A DNA stretch of 64,000 nucleotides from an uncultured Prolixibacteraceae bacterium (GTDB lineage: Bacteria > Bacteroidota > Bacteroidia > Bacteroidales > Prolixibacteraceae): positions 483-64,482 of the forward strand of contig CAZWBR010000013.1 in assembly GCA_964632305.1 (NCBI GenBank), read 5' to 3'. The notes under the pieces were generated by a model that saw nothing but the letters and a program-made list of their open reading frames with translations, had not been told where the DNA came from and did no database searches. The first letter of the stretch is position 1; each line of letters opens with the position of its first letter. Below, piece after piece: positions 1-9,001 of the stretch. The translations under genes and the position numbers were made by a program.

Positions 1-217
1 CTTGGGTTCGGTTTAAGATGTTAGGTTTGGTTTATATAAAAAATATGAAGGTTGCTTGATGTGGGCTTTATACTTCTTCGAAGGTCGGAAAAGTTTCAAT
101 AAGGTTCTATTCCTTAATTTTTGAATCTCTGCTGTACGGGAAAATGCAGGAAGTTCTTCGCTCCAATCAAACGAGAACCGACTGATTGTTATTTTGAGAA
201 CCTACCCCAGGAAAATG

Positions 218-338
218 GGGCATGATGTGTTAGTGACAGGAAGATATTTAATAGTCGGGGCGCGACCTGGAGTCGCACTCCGACTTAATGCGCTGCTGTC
301 ATTGGTATTGACGCAAAGCGGAAAGAGGAATCTCAATT
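218..338 (+). repeat. Mosaic intergenic repeat, copy 1 (GGGCATGATGTG box, GGAG/CTCC hairpin, CTGTCATTGG..AATCTCA module)
   Basis: Region 218-305 is collinear with 4410-4504. The core 251-282 matches 4444-4475 at 29 of 32 positions. Region 296-335 matches 27261-27300 at 31 of 40 positions without gaps. Confidence 0.75.
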
Positions 339-441
339 ATCTTTTTACTAATGCTGTGAATAGTTCGCTTCCGACTATTCCGGGATGGGAGGCCCTTTTA
401 TCCTATGGCCCCCACTATTTCCTTCACCTTATCGGGTCGAC

Positions 442-3153
442 TTATTCAGAGGCCATATTTTCAAATATCTTATAGATCTCCACCAGGAGAAAAGTACCGG
501 CCGATGCGGCGAGTGAGACCCAAATCCAGTGTCCGCCAAGCGGTGTGGTATGGAATATCTGGTTCATGAAAGGCACATAGGTCACGAAGACCTGGAGCGC
601 CACCATTGAGCCAACTCCAGGCAATAGCATTGGATTCGATTTGAGGCTCAGATATTTAAAGGCGCTTTTTGTGGAACGGCAACTGAACAGGTAGAAAATA
701 CCGCCGCCAACAATCGTGTTCACGACCACGGTACGGGCCGTCTCGATGGTCTCTCCTTCCCATTTGAAAACATATTGATAGAGCAGGAAGGAGGCAACAG
801 TCATTAAGGTGCCCACGAAGACGGTTCGCCAGATTATCTTATTGGAAAGAATAGGGGCGGAACTGTCGCGGGGAGGTCTGTTCATTATGCCGGGAAGCTG
901 TGGCTCGAAAGCCAGCGTTAATCCAAGAACTCCGGCCATGGTCATGTTGATCCAGAGGATCTGGCTGGGCAGGATGGGCAGTTCGAGGTTGAGGAATACC
1001 GAGGCCAGGATAACCAGTCCGATGCCGATATTGGTCGGAAGGGTCCACATGATAATCTTGATCAGGTTATCGTAAACGGCGCGTCCCTCCTCGACGGCGG
1101 CATAGATGGAGGCGAAATTATCGTCGGTGAGGACGATGTCGGCGGCCTCTTTCGATACATCGGTACCGGTGATGGCCATAGCCACCCCTATGTTGGCTTG
1201 TTTGAGCGCGGGGGCATCGTTCACCCCGTCGCCGGTCATGGCTACAATATTCTGTTTTGATTGCAGGAGCCTGACCAGCCTGAATTTTTGTTCAGGGGTA
1301 ACCCGGGCAAATACTTTAAGGGTAGACAGGTGTTGCAGTAAAGTCTTGTCGTCCATCTCTTCCAGTTCTTTTCCTGAAAGATGGGTCAGCGCGCCGGCTC
1401 CGGCCTCGGGATCCATCAGCCCGATCTGTTCGCCGATGGCGACGGCCGTCAGAACATGATCGCCGGTAATCATCTTTACATCGATGCCGGCCTTCTTGCA
1501 GTAGGCCACACTCTCGATCACCTCCTGGCGGGGAGGATCGATCATCCCCTGGAGCCCGATAACGGTCAGGTTATTCTCGAGATGCCCGTGATCGAGGCGC
1601 GCGATCGTGCCATCCAGCGTTGTGCGGGCGATGGCCAGTACCCTGATCCCTTTACGGGATAGGGAGGCCGCGGCCTCAGTGAGGGCTTTTTTGTCGATCG
1701 CGATGGTTTTACCCTCCTCGTCCAGCATCGAGTTACTGCGCTGAAGAACAGCTTCGATCGATCCTTTCACAAAGACAATCTTATGATGGTCCAACTGGTG
1801 GAGGGTGGCCATATACTGGTATTGCGATTCGAAAGGAATGGCGTCGGTACGGGGCATCTCTTTCAGCATCTCCCCGTAGGTGAAACCGGCCTTTTGAGCG
1901 GCCACAATCAGCGCTCCCTCGGTGGGGTCGCCCTGTATGTCGTGAACTCCGTCGATCTGTACCAACTGACTGTCGTTGCAGAGCAATCCCGCGATAAGGC
2001 ATTCACGCAGGGCCGGCGAACGGGCTATGTCGATCGTTTTGTTGTCCAAGGTGATATCTCCTTCGGGGAGATAGCCGGTCCCATCCACATCATACATTTG
2101 TCCTCCGGCAAAGATATGTTTCACGGTCATCTGGTTCTTGGTGATGGTGCCGGTCTTGTCGGAACAGATTACGGTGGTACTGCCCAGAGTCTCTACAGCG
2201 GGGAGCTTCCGAATAATGACCTTACGCCGGGCCATACGCGAAACGCCGATGGCCAGGGTAATGGTTATGGCCGCGGGTAATCCTTCGGGAATAGCGCCCA
2301 CGGCCAGGGCAATACTCTGTAAAAGCGATTGCTGCGTTAGTTCCCCTTCGCGGAGATAGCCTATGGCAATAGCGACCAGGGCGAAGCCAATGATCACGTA
2401 AGTGATGGTCTTGCTGAATTCCTGGAATTTAACCGTCAGAGGGGTGGCCAGCGAATCGGTATGTTTGAGCATTTGGGAGATCTTCCCTATTTCGGTGGTG
2501 TCGCCTGTTTCAACGACCACCCCGGTCGCCTGTCCGTAGGTGACCAGCGTGGAGGCATAGACCATGTTGGTCCGGTCGGCTAACTGGGTCTTCTCATCCA
2601 GTAATATATCTGCATTTTTTTCAACCGGGGCCGACTCTCCGGTCAATACCCCTTCTACTACCTGGAGGTCACGGTTTTTTACCAACCTCATATCGGCAGG
2701 GACTTTCGCCCCTGAGGAGAGCAGGACCACATCGCCGGGAATGAGCTCCCGGGCATCAATCACCTGGGTGGACCCGTCGCGGATCACCGTGGCGTTGGTC
2801 ACCAAAGATCCGGAGAGCGAGCTGATCGCCTTCTCGGCTTTATCTTCCTGGATAAACCCGATGATGGCATTGATCAGCACCACCCCGTAGATGATGATGG
2901 AATCCACGACGCTTCCCATCAGTAAAGCTACCGTGGCCGAGAAGATCAGGATATAGATCAGCGGATTATGGAACTGAAGCAGGAACCTGATCAGGGCGCT
3001 CTTCCGTTTGATGGGAGCAATGATGTTTTTCCCGTACTTGGCCTGTCTGTTTATCACTTCCTCGGGGCTAAGTCCTTTCTCCAAATCGATTTGAAGCCTT
3101 TCGCAAACCTCTTTGCCGGATATGCTATGCCATGATTGACCAACTGAATTCAT
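442..3153 (-). CDS. Cation-translocating P-type ATPase (type II, Ca2+/Mg2+-ATPase-like)
   Basis: 903-aa ORF with phosphorylation motif ICSDKTGTIT, actuator motif LTGES, hinge motif MTGDGVNDAPALK and ion-site motif AIPEGLP. Multiple hydrophobic helices at both ends. Confidence 0.9.
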   Translation of the reverse strand: MNSVGQSWHSISGKEVCERLQIDLEKGLSPEEVINRQAKYGKNIIAPIKRKSALIRFLLQFHNPLIYILIFSATVALLMGSVVDSIIIYGVVLINAIIGFIQEDKAEKAISSLSGSLVTNATVIRDGSTQVIDARELIPGDVVLLSSGAKVPADMRLVKNRDLQVVEGVLTGESAPVEKNADILLDEKTQLADRTNMVYASTLVTYGQATGVVVETGDTTEIGKISQMLKHTDSLATPLTVKFQEFSKTITYVIIGFALVAIAIGYLREGELTQQSLLQSIALAVGAIPEGLPAAITITLAIGVSRMARRKVIIRKLPAVETLGSTTVICSDKTGTITKNQMTVKHIFAGGQMYDVDGTGYLPEGDITLDNKTIDIARSPALRECLIAGLLCNDSQLVQIDGVHDIQGDPTEGALIVAAQKAGFTYGEMLKEMPRTDAIPFESQYQYMATLHQLDHHKIVFVKGSIEAVLQRSNSMLDEEGKTIAIDKKALTEAAASLSRKGIRVLAIARTTLDGTIARLDHGHLENNLTVIGLQGMIDPPRQEVIESVAYCKKAGIDVKMITGDHVLTAVAIGEQIGLMDPEAGAGALTHLSGKELEEMDDKTLLQHLSTLKVFARVTPEQKFRLVRLLQSKQNIVAMTGDGVNDAPALKQANIGVAMAITGTDVSKEAADIVLTDDNFASIYAAVEEGRAVYDNLIKIIMWTLPTNIGIGLVILASVFLNLELPILPSQILWINMTMAGVLGLTLAFEPQLPGIMNRPPRDSSAPILSNKIIWRTVFVGTLMTVASFLLYQYVFKWEGETIETARTVVVNTIVGGGIFYLFSCRSTKSAFKYLSLKSNPMLLPGVGSMVALQVFVTYVPFMNQIFHTTPLGGHWIWVSLAASAGTFLLVEIYKIFENMASE

Positions 3154-3481
3154 GATCTGCTTTTATTTATTGATACGAACAATTTACAACCTGTAAAAAT
3201 AGTGAATCGGAACGTGAATTCTTCCGTTTTTTGCATTAATCCCGATAGAATTTGTCGCCGGGGATCTTTCCTTTTATCCGGTAGCTGTTACCTTTTGCAA
3301 GGATAGGCGCAACGATCGATGCGGAAAGATTACGATCAATGTTTATCGCCCGAAAGGGGACGTCCGGCGATCGGCAAAGGCCTTCAGGCGACCTCCTGTT
3401 TTTTGTACCGATTGATTCCGGGCGTAACTCCTGTGTGGGGAATATTTTCTCCGGACTTACCGGTTCGTTTCCGTTACCTTC

Positions 3482-3561
3482 CTGTTACGTTTCTCTATGG
3501 TAGCATACAGGAACCATACAGATACCATAGAGAAACCATACAGAAAGCCTTGACTTGATCC
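3482..3561 (+). repeat. Hairpin with three 11-nt-phased direct repeats, copy A
   Basis: AACCATACAGA (3512-3522), TACCATAGAGA (3523-3533) and AACCATACAGA (3534-3544). The arm 3482-3502 pairs with 3523-3543 at 18 of 21 positions. The tail AAGCCTTGACTTGATCC resembles the tail of copy B. Confidence 0.75.
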
Positions 3562-3742
3562 TTCTTTAACAGGTCCCATTCAGGGTAAATAGTCAGTACA
3601 ATTCTTATGAAAAATCTTTCCGGTCGTTTTTTAATATTGAAGGGAAAGGGTGCGGGATGGGTGAAAGAACGATGGCCGGGAAAGATTATGGGGTCGGGAA
3701 TTAAAATTGGTCGGATTGTCGTAATTTTAAGGGGCGAAACCC

Positions 3743-4342
3743 GTGGAATATAATGTTATGCTGCCGAATTTGTCCGATCCGCCGCTGCCCTTTATCTTTA
3801 ATGCGCTGAAGCATCACTTGCCGGTGATCCGATTGGTGATTGAGCAGGTGCGGAGTGATGCCGCTCTGGCGGAAGAGGCCTTCGGCCTGCTGGAAAACGT
3901 CGGGGCGCCGGCCACCGATATTTATACCGGGGCGTTGACCGTGGATCAGATTCGTGAAGAGATTGTCGCTCAGCTTCAGCAGCAGGGACGGTTTGATCTG
4001 AAAGGGTATTCGGAATGGTTAGCGGGGTCGGGGAGGGGTTACCGCTTTCTTGATCTCTCCGACGGTTCGCGCTGGCTCTTCAGGTTGGGCGGGAAGCCCG
4101 GCCGTTACATCCATTTCCATCCGGCCAAGTATTCGCCGCTTAGCTTCCGGGTCAGGGGATCGACCCTGAAGAGCGCGGTCGCGGTGATGGTTTGTTTCCC
4201 TGAGGTGAGGCACTTTAGTCTTGAGCAGATCAACCGGGTCAGGCAGCAGCGGTTGGGACTCTCGCCGGTGAAGTCGGTGGCTGAGGATCGGGGCATCGGC
4301 AAGCTGCTGAAGATATTGCAGGACTCTGATGGGACCCTGTGA
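3743..4342 (+). CDS. Hypothetical protein
   Basis: 199-aa ORF with a GTG start (in-frame ATG alternative at 3758). No motif recognised. Divergent from the ATPase and visibly GC-rich like it. Confidence 0.5.
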   Translation: MEYNVMLPNLSDPPLPFIFNALKHHLPVIRLVIEQVRSDAALAEEAFGLLENVGAPATDIYTGALTVDQIREEIVAQLQQQGRFDLKGYSEWLAGSGRGYRFLDLSDGSRWLFRLGGKPGRYIHFHPAKYSPLSFRVRGSTLKSAVAVMVCFPEVRHFSLEQINRVRQQRLGLSPVKSVAEDRGIGKLLKILQDSDGTL

Positions 4343-4409
4343 TGGACTTCTGCCTTTCGTGTTATATCCTAACCCTGAAGACGGAAACTTTCCGGGAATC
4401 CAACTTTTA

Positions 4410-4504
4410 GGGCATGATGTGATAATGGCCGAAAAAAAATATGATAGCCGGGGCGCGACCCGGAGACGCACTCCGGGTTACTATAGCCCAAATTCTGTCA
4501 TCGG
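4410..4504 (+). repeat. Mosaic intergenic repeat, copy 2
   Basis: GGGCATGATGTG (4410-4421), ATAGCCGGGGCGCGACCCGGAGACGCACTCCG (4444-4475) and CTGTCATCGG (4495-4504), in the same order, spacing and orientation as copy 1. Confidence 0.75.
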
Positions 4505-4548
4505 TGGGAAGGAGGCTTGCCGACCGTAAAGAGACGACAGGGATATTT

Positions 4549-4971
4549 CTATTCGATAAAACCCTTTTCCCTTTTTTTTGCCTCATCGGTAAAGAGGGCC
4601 ATGCCGGTTTTCATCTTGCTGAAAGAGAGTTTGCGGTAAAAATCTTCCTTGCCGGGCGAGGCATAGAGGATAAAATTACAGCCGGGGAGTTGTTGGGTCA
4701 GGTTTTGGATAATACGTTTTCCGATCCCCTTTCCCTGGAATTCGGGTTTCACGGCAATGTCGTAGATGGCAGCCTGGCATACCCGGTCGGAGACGGCGCG
4801 GCCAAAACCGACCATCGTGCTTTCCTGGAAAATAAAGACGACAGCCTGGCTGTTCTCAAAGATTTTTTGTTCTTTTTCGGCAGGGTGAAAGGCCATGCCA
4901 ACGGTCTGTAAAGTTCGGGAGACTTCGTCCCAGTCGATGTTTAGTGTGTTTTGCTGAAGGATTAATTCCAT
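4549..4971 (-). CDS. GNAT family N-acetyltransferase
   Basis: 140-aa ORF with the acetyl-CoA binding motif FQGKGIGKRI in a typical GNAT core. Confidence 0.8.
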   Translation of the reverse strand: MELILQQNTLNIDWDEVSRTLQTVGMAFHPAEKEQKIFENSQAVVFIFQESTMVGFGRAVSDRVCQAAIYDIAVKPEFQGKGIGKRIIQNLTQQLPGCNFILYASPGKEDFYRKLSFSKMKTGMALFTDEAKKREKGFIE

Positions 4972-5055
4972 AAGACGTTTCTGTTATTCATCACACAAAA
5001 ATAGGCATAAGAAGCTTATGCCTAATCTTTAAACGGGAGGAGTTTTAATGTAAAT

Positions 5056-5454
5056 TTAATTCTGCGAATGAAGTGCGACGGAATTTCCTTCCGTATCCAG
5101 AATAAAGGCAAAGTAGCCGATCTCCGGGTTGATGAGCGTTTTGGGGATTGATATTTTACCACCCGCTTTTTCGACACGGTCCAGGACCAATTGAAGGTCG
5201 GGGTTCGCGTTAAAATAGACGACTGTCCCCTTCGCGCTGGGTTCATACGCGGGATGTTTGACCAATGCCCCTGATATCAGGTTTTTTGAACTGTCGGAAG
5301 GGAACATGGTCATCAGGCATTCGGGCATTTCCATTGGTTCCATTTTGATTTCGAAGATGGTTTCGTAGAATTTTACGGCCCGCTCCATATCGTTAACCGG
5401 GATCTCGAACCAGTTGATCGCGTTGGTTTCACTACTCATCTTGTCCATTGTCAT
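5056..5454 (-). CDS. VOC (glyoxalase/bleomycin-resistance fold) family protein
   Basis: 132-aa ORF. The N-terminal 'INWFEIPVNDMERAVKFYETIF' is typical of VOC beta-alpha-beta-beta-beta modules. Confidence 0.75.
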   Translation of the reverse strand: MTMDKMSSETNAINWFEIPVNDMERAVKFYETIFEIKMEPMEMPECLMTMFPSDSSKNLISGALVKHPAYEPSAKGTVVYFNANPDLQLVLDRVEKAGGKISIPKTLINPEIGYFAFILDTEGNSVALHSQN

Positions 5455-5559
5455 TATTTGTTAGTGCGTAAAATGGGAAAGAAAATGAATCATGCTGGTT
5501 TTTACGAAGATTTACCGGCGTCGTTTCTCTTTTTATACTGTTTAAGAACAACTTTTCGG

Positions 5560-6747
5560 TTATTCAATCGCGATATTGAAACTGTCCCAGAAGCTCTTGT
5601 TGAAAGGTTTTTCAGAGTAGTAATCGCGGCTTTTGAGTAGTTCGGGATTGGTGGTATTCGTGTTGGTCGGGATCAGATAGCTTTCGTTTTCCGTTGTTTT
5701 GTCCATTCCGGTCAGGGGATCCCTGAGGAGAGTCCGGCTCACCGATTTGATATAGGCCGGAAGGTATTTGCCGTTTATCTTTTTGTAGGTGGTTGTAATT
5801 TCATGCTCGGCAGTAGTCTTGGCTGCCGTGGTTTCCGGCGGGGAGGCGATGGTCCATCCCTGGGTGCTCGGGTCAACAGACCTGATCCATAGCTCATTTT
5901 TCAGGATGGCATGATCGTTCTTCGAGATATAGAGCTTTCCCTTGTACGATTGAACATGGTAAATGCCGGTACGGTCGAACGATGGGTTGTTCAGCGAATA
6001 GTTAATGACCCAAACCGGGACCCCTTCATAGCTTGTGGTCACATCGGACGAGAGATCGTACTCTTTCAGAAAGGCCTTGTCGAGGATGTTACGACGGGTG
6101 CGGACGATATCGCAGTTGAGCAGGTTGTCCAACCGGTTGGTGCCGCCGGAGAGTGATTGTATCTCGAAGTTTCTGCGGCTTTCCCGGATGCGGTAATTGC
6201 GGTTGATCTGTTCCTTCGCGGGATTTTCGCGATGGTAACCCGAAGCATCGGAGATTTCCACGATGGCCTCGTCGACCCGGAGAGGCTGGTTATTTACGGT
6301 CTGCTCGTTTTTGTAGTAAGCGGTCATAGCCAGCGCTTTTTGGGGATAGTTACGGTCGATGGCATCGATGGCGTCTTTGATGGCTTTGAAAAGTACCAGT
6401 GAATTGGCGCTTACATCGATCACCCCGATATCATAGGCGGTGGGTTCGATCTCAATTTTCAAGCTCTCCTGCGCAAGGTTTTGCAGGTCGATCCGGAAGC
6501 CCTGATAGCCCACTGCCGAAGCAAAGAGAAGGCCGGAAGTCAGGTCGGCAGGTATCTTAAACTCGAAAAAGCCCTCCACATTACTGGCGGCCCCATAGTA
6601 AGTCCCCTCAATTCCAACATTGGCATAGGCCACCGGTTCCCCGCTTTTTTTATCGGTCACGCTTCCGCGGATGACTCTTGACTGCTGTGAATAAGATTGA
6701 AAAACAATAAACAGCAACGCGAATGAAAGTATGAAGTTCCGTACCAT
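5560..6747 (-). CDS. Carboxypeptidase-like regulatory domain (CarboxypepD_reg-like) protein, secreted
   Basis: 395-aa ORF with a signal peptide followed by 'IRGSVTDKKSGEPVAYANVGIEGTYYGAASNVEGFFEF', the CarboxypepD_reg-like signature. Confidence 0.6.
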   Translation of the reverse strand: MVRNFILSFALLFIVFQSYSQQSRVIRGSVTDKKSGEPVAYANVGIEGTYYGAASNVEGFFEFKIPADLTSGLLFASAVGYQGFRIDLQNLAQESLKIEIEPTAYDIGVIDVSANSLVLFKAIKDAIDAIDRNYPQKALAMTAYYKNEQTVNNQPLRVDEAIVEISDASGYHRENPAKEQINRNYRIRESRRNFEIQSLSGGTNRLDNLLNCDIVRTRRNILDKAFLKEYDLSSDVTTSYEGVPVWVINYSLNNPSFDRTGIYHVQSYKGKLYISKNDHAILKNELWIRSVDPSTQGWTIASPPETTAAKTTAEHEITTTYKKINGKYLPAYIKSVSRTLLRDPLTGMDKTTENESYLIPTNTNTTNPELLKSRDYYSEKPFNKSFWDSFNIAIE

Positions 6748-6858
6748 GGCATTAAATTTCCCTAAAGATAGTAAAACGGCTTTTCTTTTTACTGAAAATC
6801 CGGTTTTGTGACGAGGGAAAATGCTATATTTGTTAAGTCAGACTTAAAATAATTAAAG

Positions 6859-7512
6859 ATGATTAAGATGAAGTCCGGTGTTTATGTGTTGATAGTCATT
6901 GCTTTGATTGTAATGACTTCCTGTGTTTCCAAGAAAAAATATCTGGATATGGAGTCGGCGAAGATTTCTGCTTCCAATCGGGTAGCCCAATTGACCAGGG
7001 AGGTGAGTGATCTGAACAAATCAGTCTCCGATCTGAAAGAAGAGTTCAACCGGATGAAAAATGAGCTGCATTTATCGAATGCCCAAAAGGATAGCTATAT
7101 CGATTCGGTGAACCTGAAGATGACGGAAGTGGCTTCCGATCTTTCCGAACAACATGCTTCGATGAGCGATCAGCTTTATCTGATTCAGTCAGAAAAGCGG
7201 CAGTTAACATCGGCCCTTAGCCAGAAACAGGAGCTACTTGATGAGATGGCCGCCCGGATCAGTGAGAAGGAAAACGAGCTTTCAGCCTTAAAGCAAGAGG
7301 CCGCCGGATTAAAGTTTGATCTGGATAATATGAAGGAATCGGCCGGGGCAAAGGATAATGAAATAAAAGCCTCGGGGGACCGGTTCGGGAAGCTTCAGGC
7401 AGAAGCCGATAAATACAAAAAGGAGATTGCCGCTCTGAAGAAACAGATCGCAACCAAAGATGCTGAGATTGAGAAGTTAAACAATAATGTCAATCTGTTG
7501 AAAAAACAGTAG
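6859..7512 (+). CDS. Coiled-coil lipoprotein, function unknown
   Basis: 217-aa ORF with a lipobox (VMTSC). The remainder is heptad-like and rich in E, K, L and Q. Confidence 0.55.
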   Translation: MIKMKSGVYVLIVIALIVMTSCVSKKKYLDMESAKISASNRVAQLTREVSDLNKSVSDLKEEFNRMKNELHLSNAQKDSYIDSVNLKMTEVASDLSEQHASMSDQLYLIQSEKRQLTSALSQKQELLDEMAARISEKENELSALKQEAAGLKFDLDNMKESAGAKDNEIKASGDRFGKLQAEADKYKKEIAALKKQIATKDAEIEKLNNNVNLLKKQ

Positions 7513-7543
7513 TTGGCCTTATGGTTTGGCGTCGGTTTCCAGC

Positions 7544-8890
7544 CTAACCGATTCCCGGCAAATTAATCCCGTTGATTTTGCGGTAAAGGTCCAACGCATA
7601 GAGATCGGTCATCCCGGAGACAAAATCGACAACCGACTGGAGTTTGGCATAATCGCTCCCGTCGTGTTGCAGGTATTGCTGTGGCATGATGGAGAGCAGT
7701 TTCTTGGATAACTCTTCATTTGTGGACATTACCGCCTGGGTGAAGACTTCGAGCAGTGTGCCCAGTATCTTGTGCCCGGCAATCTCGATTTCGACGACGG
7801 ACCTGTCGTTGTAGATTTTTCTGACCGAGACCTTTTTGATCTTTTCCATGGCCGAGAGGGAGTGTCCCTCCAGTAAATTGATCAGCGATTCGACGGGTTC
7901 TCCCGAGATGATTTGTCCGAAATTGTTGATAAACAGGTTGGCACATTCATTGACCAGTTTGCCGATCACCAGGGCCCTCAGGTAGGTGATGCGTTCATTC
8001 AGGTCGCTTACCGTTTTGAAATTCTCACTGATGCTGTTCAATGTTTTTTGATCCGGGGCAGGGTCAAAAAAGTCGAGGAACAGTTTTTCCGTCTCCTCGT
8101 AGGAGAGGATCTTCAGTTTATGGGCATCCTCTACATCCATGACCTGGTAACAGATGTCGTCGGCAGCTTCGACCAGATAGACCAGAGGGTAGCGGCTGTA
8201 TTGCAAGGGGTTGGCTGATAATTGCTTTAGCCCTAACTCGTTGGCAATCCGGGTGAAGGTCTCCTTCTCGCTACGGAAAAACCCGAATTTCTGTTTGCTT
8301 CCCGGTAAGGACGATTCGTAAGGATATTTAACGATGGAGGCCAGCGTGCTGTAAGTAAGGGTGAAACCGCCGTCGCGCTTGCCTCCGAATTGGTGGCTAA
8401 GCAACCGGAATGCATTGGCATTGCCTTCGAACCGGGTGAAATCGCTCTTTAAATCTTCAGGAAGATTCTTCAGATAGGATGCTCCTTTCCCCTGTTTGAA
8501 AAAATTGGCGATGGCCGTTTCGCCCGAATGGCCGAAGGGCGGGTTTCCCAGGTCGTGGGCCAGACAGGCGGAGGAGACGATCGCGCCGATTTCGCTGATT
8601 AATGGGAAATTTTTGTATTCCTCATTTTTCATCATCCCCGATGCAACGATATTCCCGAGCGACCGGCCCACGCTGGCCACTTCCAACGAGTGGGTCAGTC
8701 GGTTATGGACAAAAATACTGCCCGGAAGCGGGAAAACCTGGGTCTTGTTCTGCATTCTCCGAAAAGGCGAGGAGAAGATGATGCGGTCGTAATCGCGTTG
8801 AAAAAGGGATCGGATATCGTCGGTTTCGCCATTAGCCCTGTTTTCAAGCCCTAAACGAAGGGGGGAGATCAGTTTTCCTGTATAAGCCAT
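7544..8890 (-). CDS. dgt: dGTP triphosphohydrolase-like HD-domain protein
   Basis: 448-aa ORF with HD motifs 'NRLTHSLEVASVGRSLG' and 'CLAHDLGNPPFGHSGE'. Confidence 0.85.
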   Translation of the reverse strand: MAYTGKLISPLRLGLENRANGETDDIRSLFQRDYDRIIFSSPFRRMQNKTQVFPLPGSIFVHNRLTHSLEVASVGRSLGNIVASGMMKNEEYKNFPLISEIGAIVSSACLAHDLGNPPFGHSGETAIANFFKQGKGASYLKNLPEDLKSDFTRFEGNANAFRLLSHQFGGKRDGGFTLTYSTLASIVKYPYESSLPGSKQKFGFFRSEKETFTRIANELGLKQLSANPLQYSRYPLVYLVEAADDICYQVMDVEDAHKLKILSYEETEKLFLDFFDPAPDQKTLNSISENFKTVSDLNERITYLRALVIGKLVNECANLFINNFGQIISGEPVESLINLLEGHSLSAMEKIKKVSVRKIYNDRSVVEIEIAGHKILGTLLEVFTQAVMSTNEELSKKLLSIMPQQYLQHDGSDYAKLQSVVDFVSGMTDLYALDLYRKINGINLPGIG

Positions 8891-9001
8891 CGGAATGATT
8901 CATTGGTTTCGCCTCAAAGTTCCCGGTTTTTTTGCAGAAAGCAAAATCAATTGGTTGGTTATTTAAATATGGATATATTCGCATTTTAATTTTGTTCAGT
9001 T

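Noticed and set aside
1-20. The sequence GGGTTCGG at the window start could be the T-arm of a truncated tRNA.
   Set aside because: It does not continue into a T-loop/acceptor consensus (no GGTTCGAATCC-like loop and no acceptor stem or CCA context). No other tRNA-like sequence was recognised in the window.
442-4342. The ATPase plus orphan ORF could be a horizontally acquired GC-rich island.
   Set aside because: Other conserved core genes in the window (ahcY, dapL, the PLP dehydratase-like gene) are similarly GC-rich relative to the AT-rich spacers and accessory genes. Composition alone therefore does not support horizontal transfer. Only the flanking repeats are reported.
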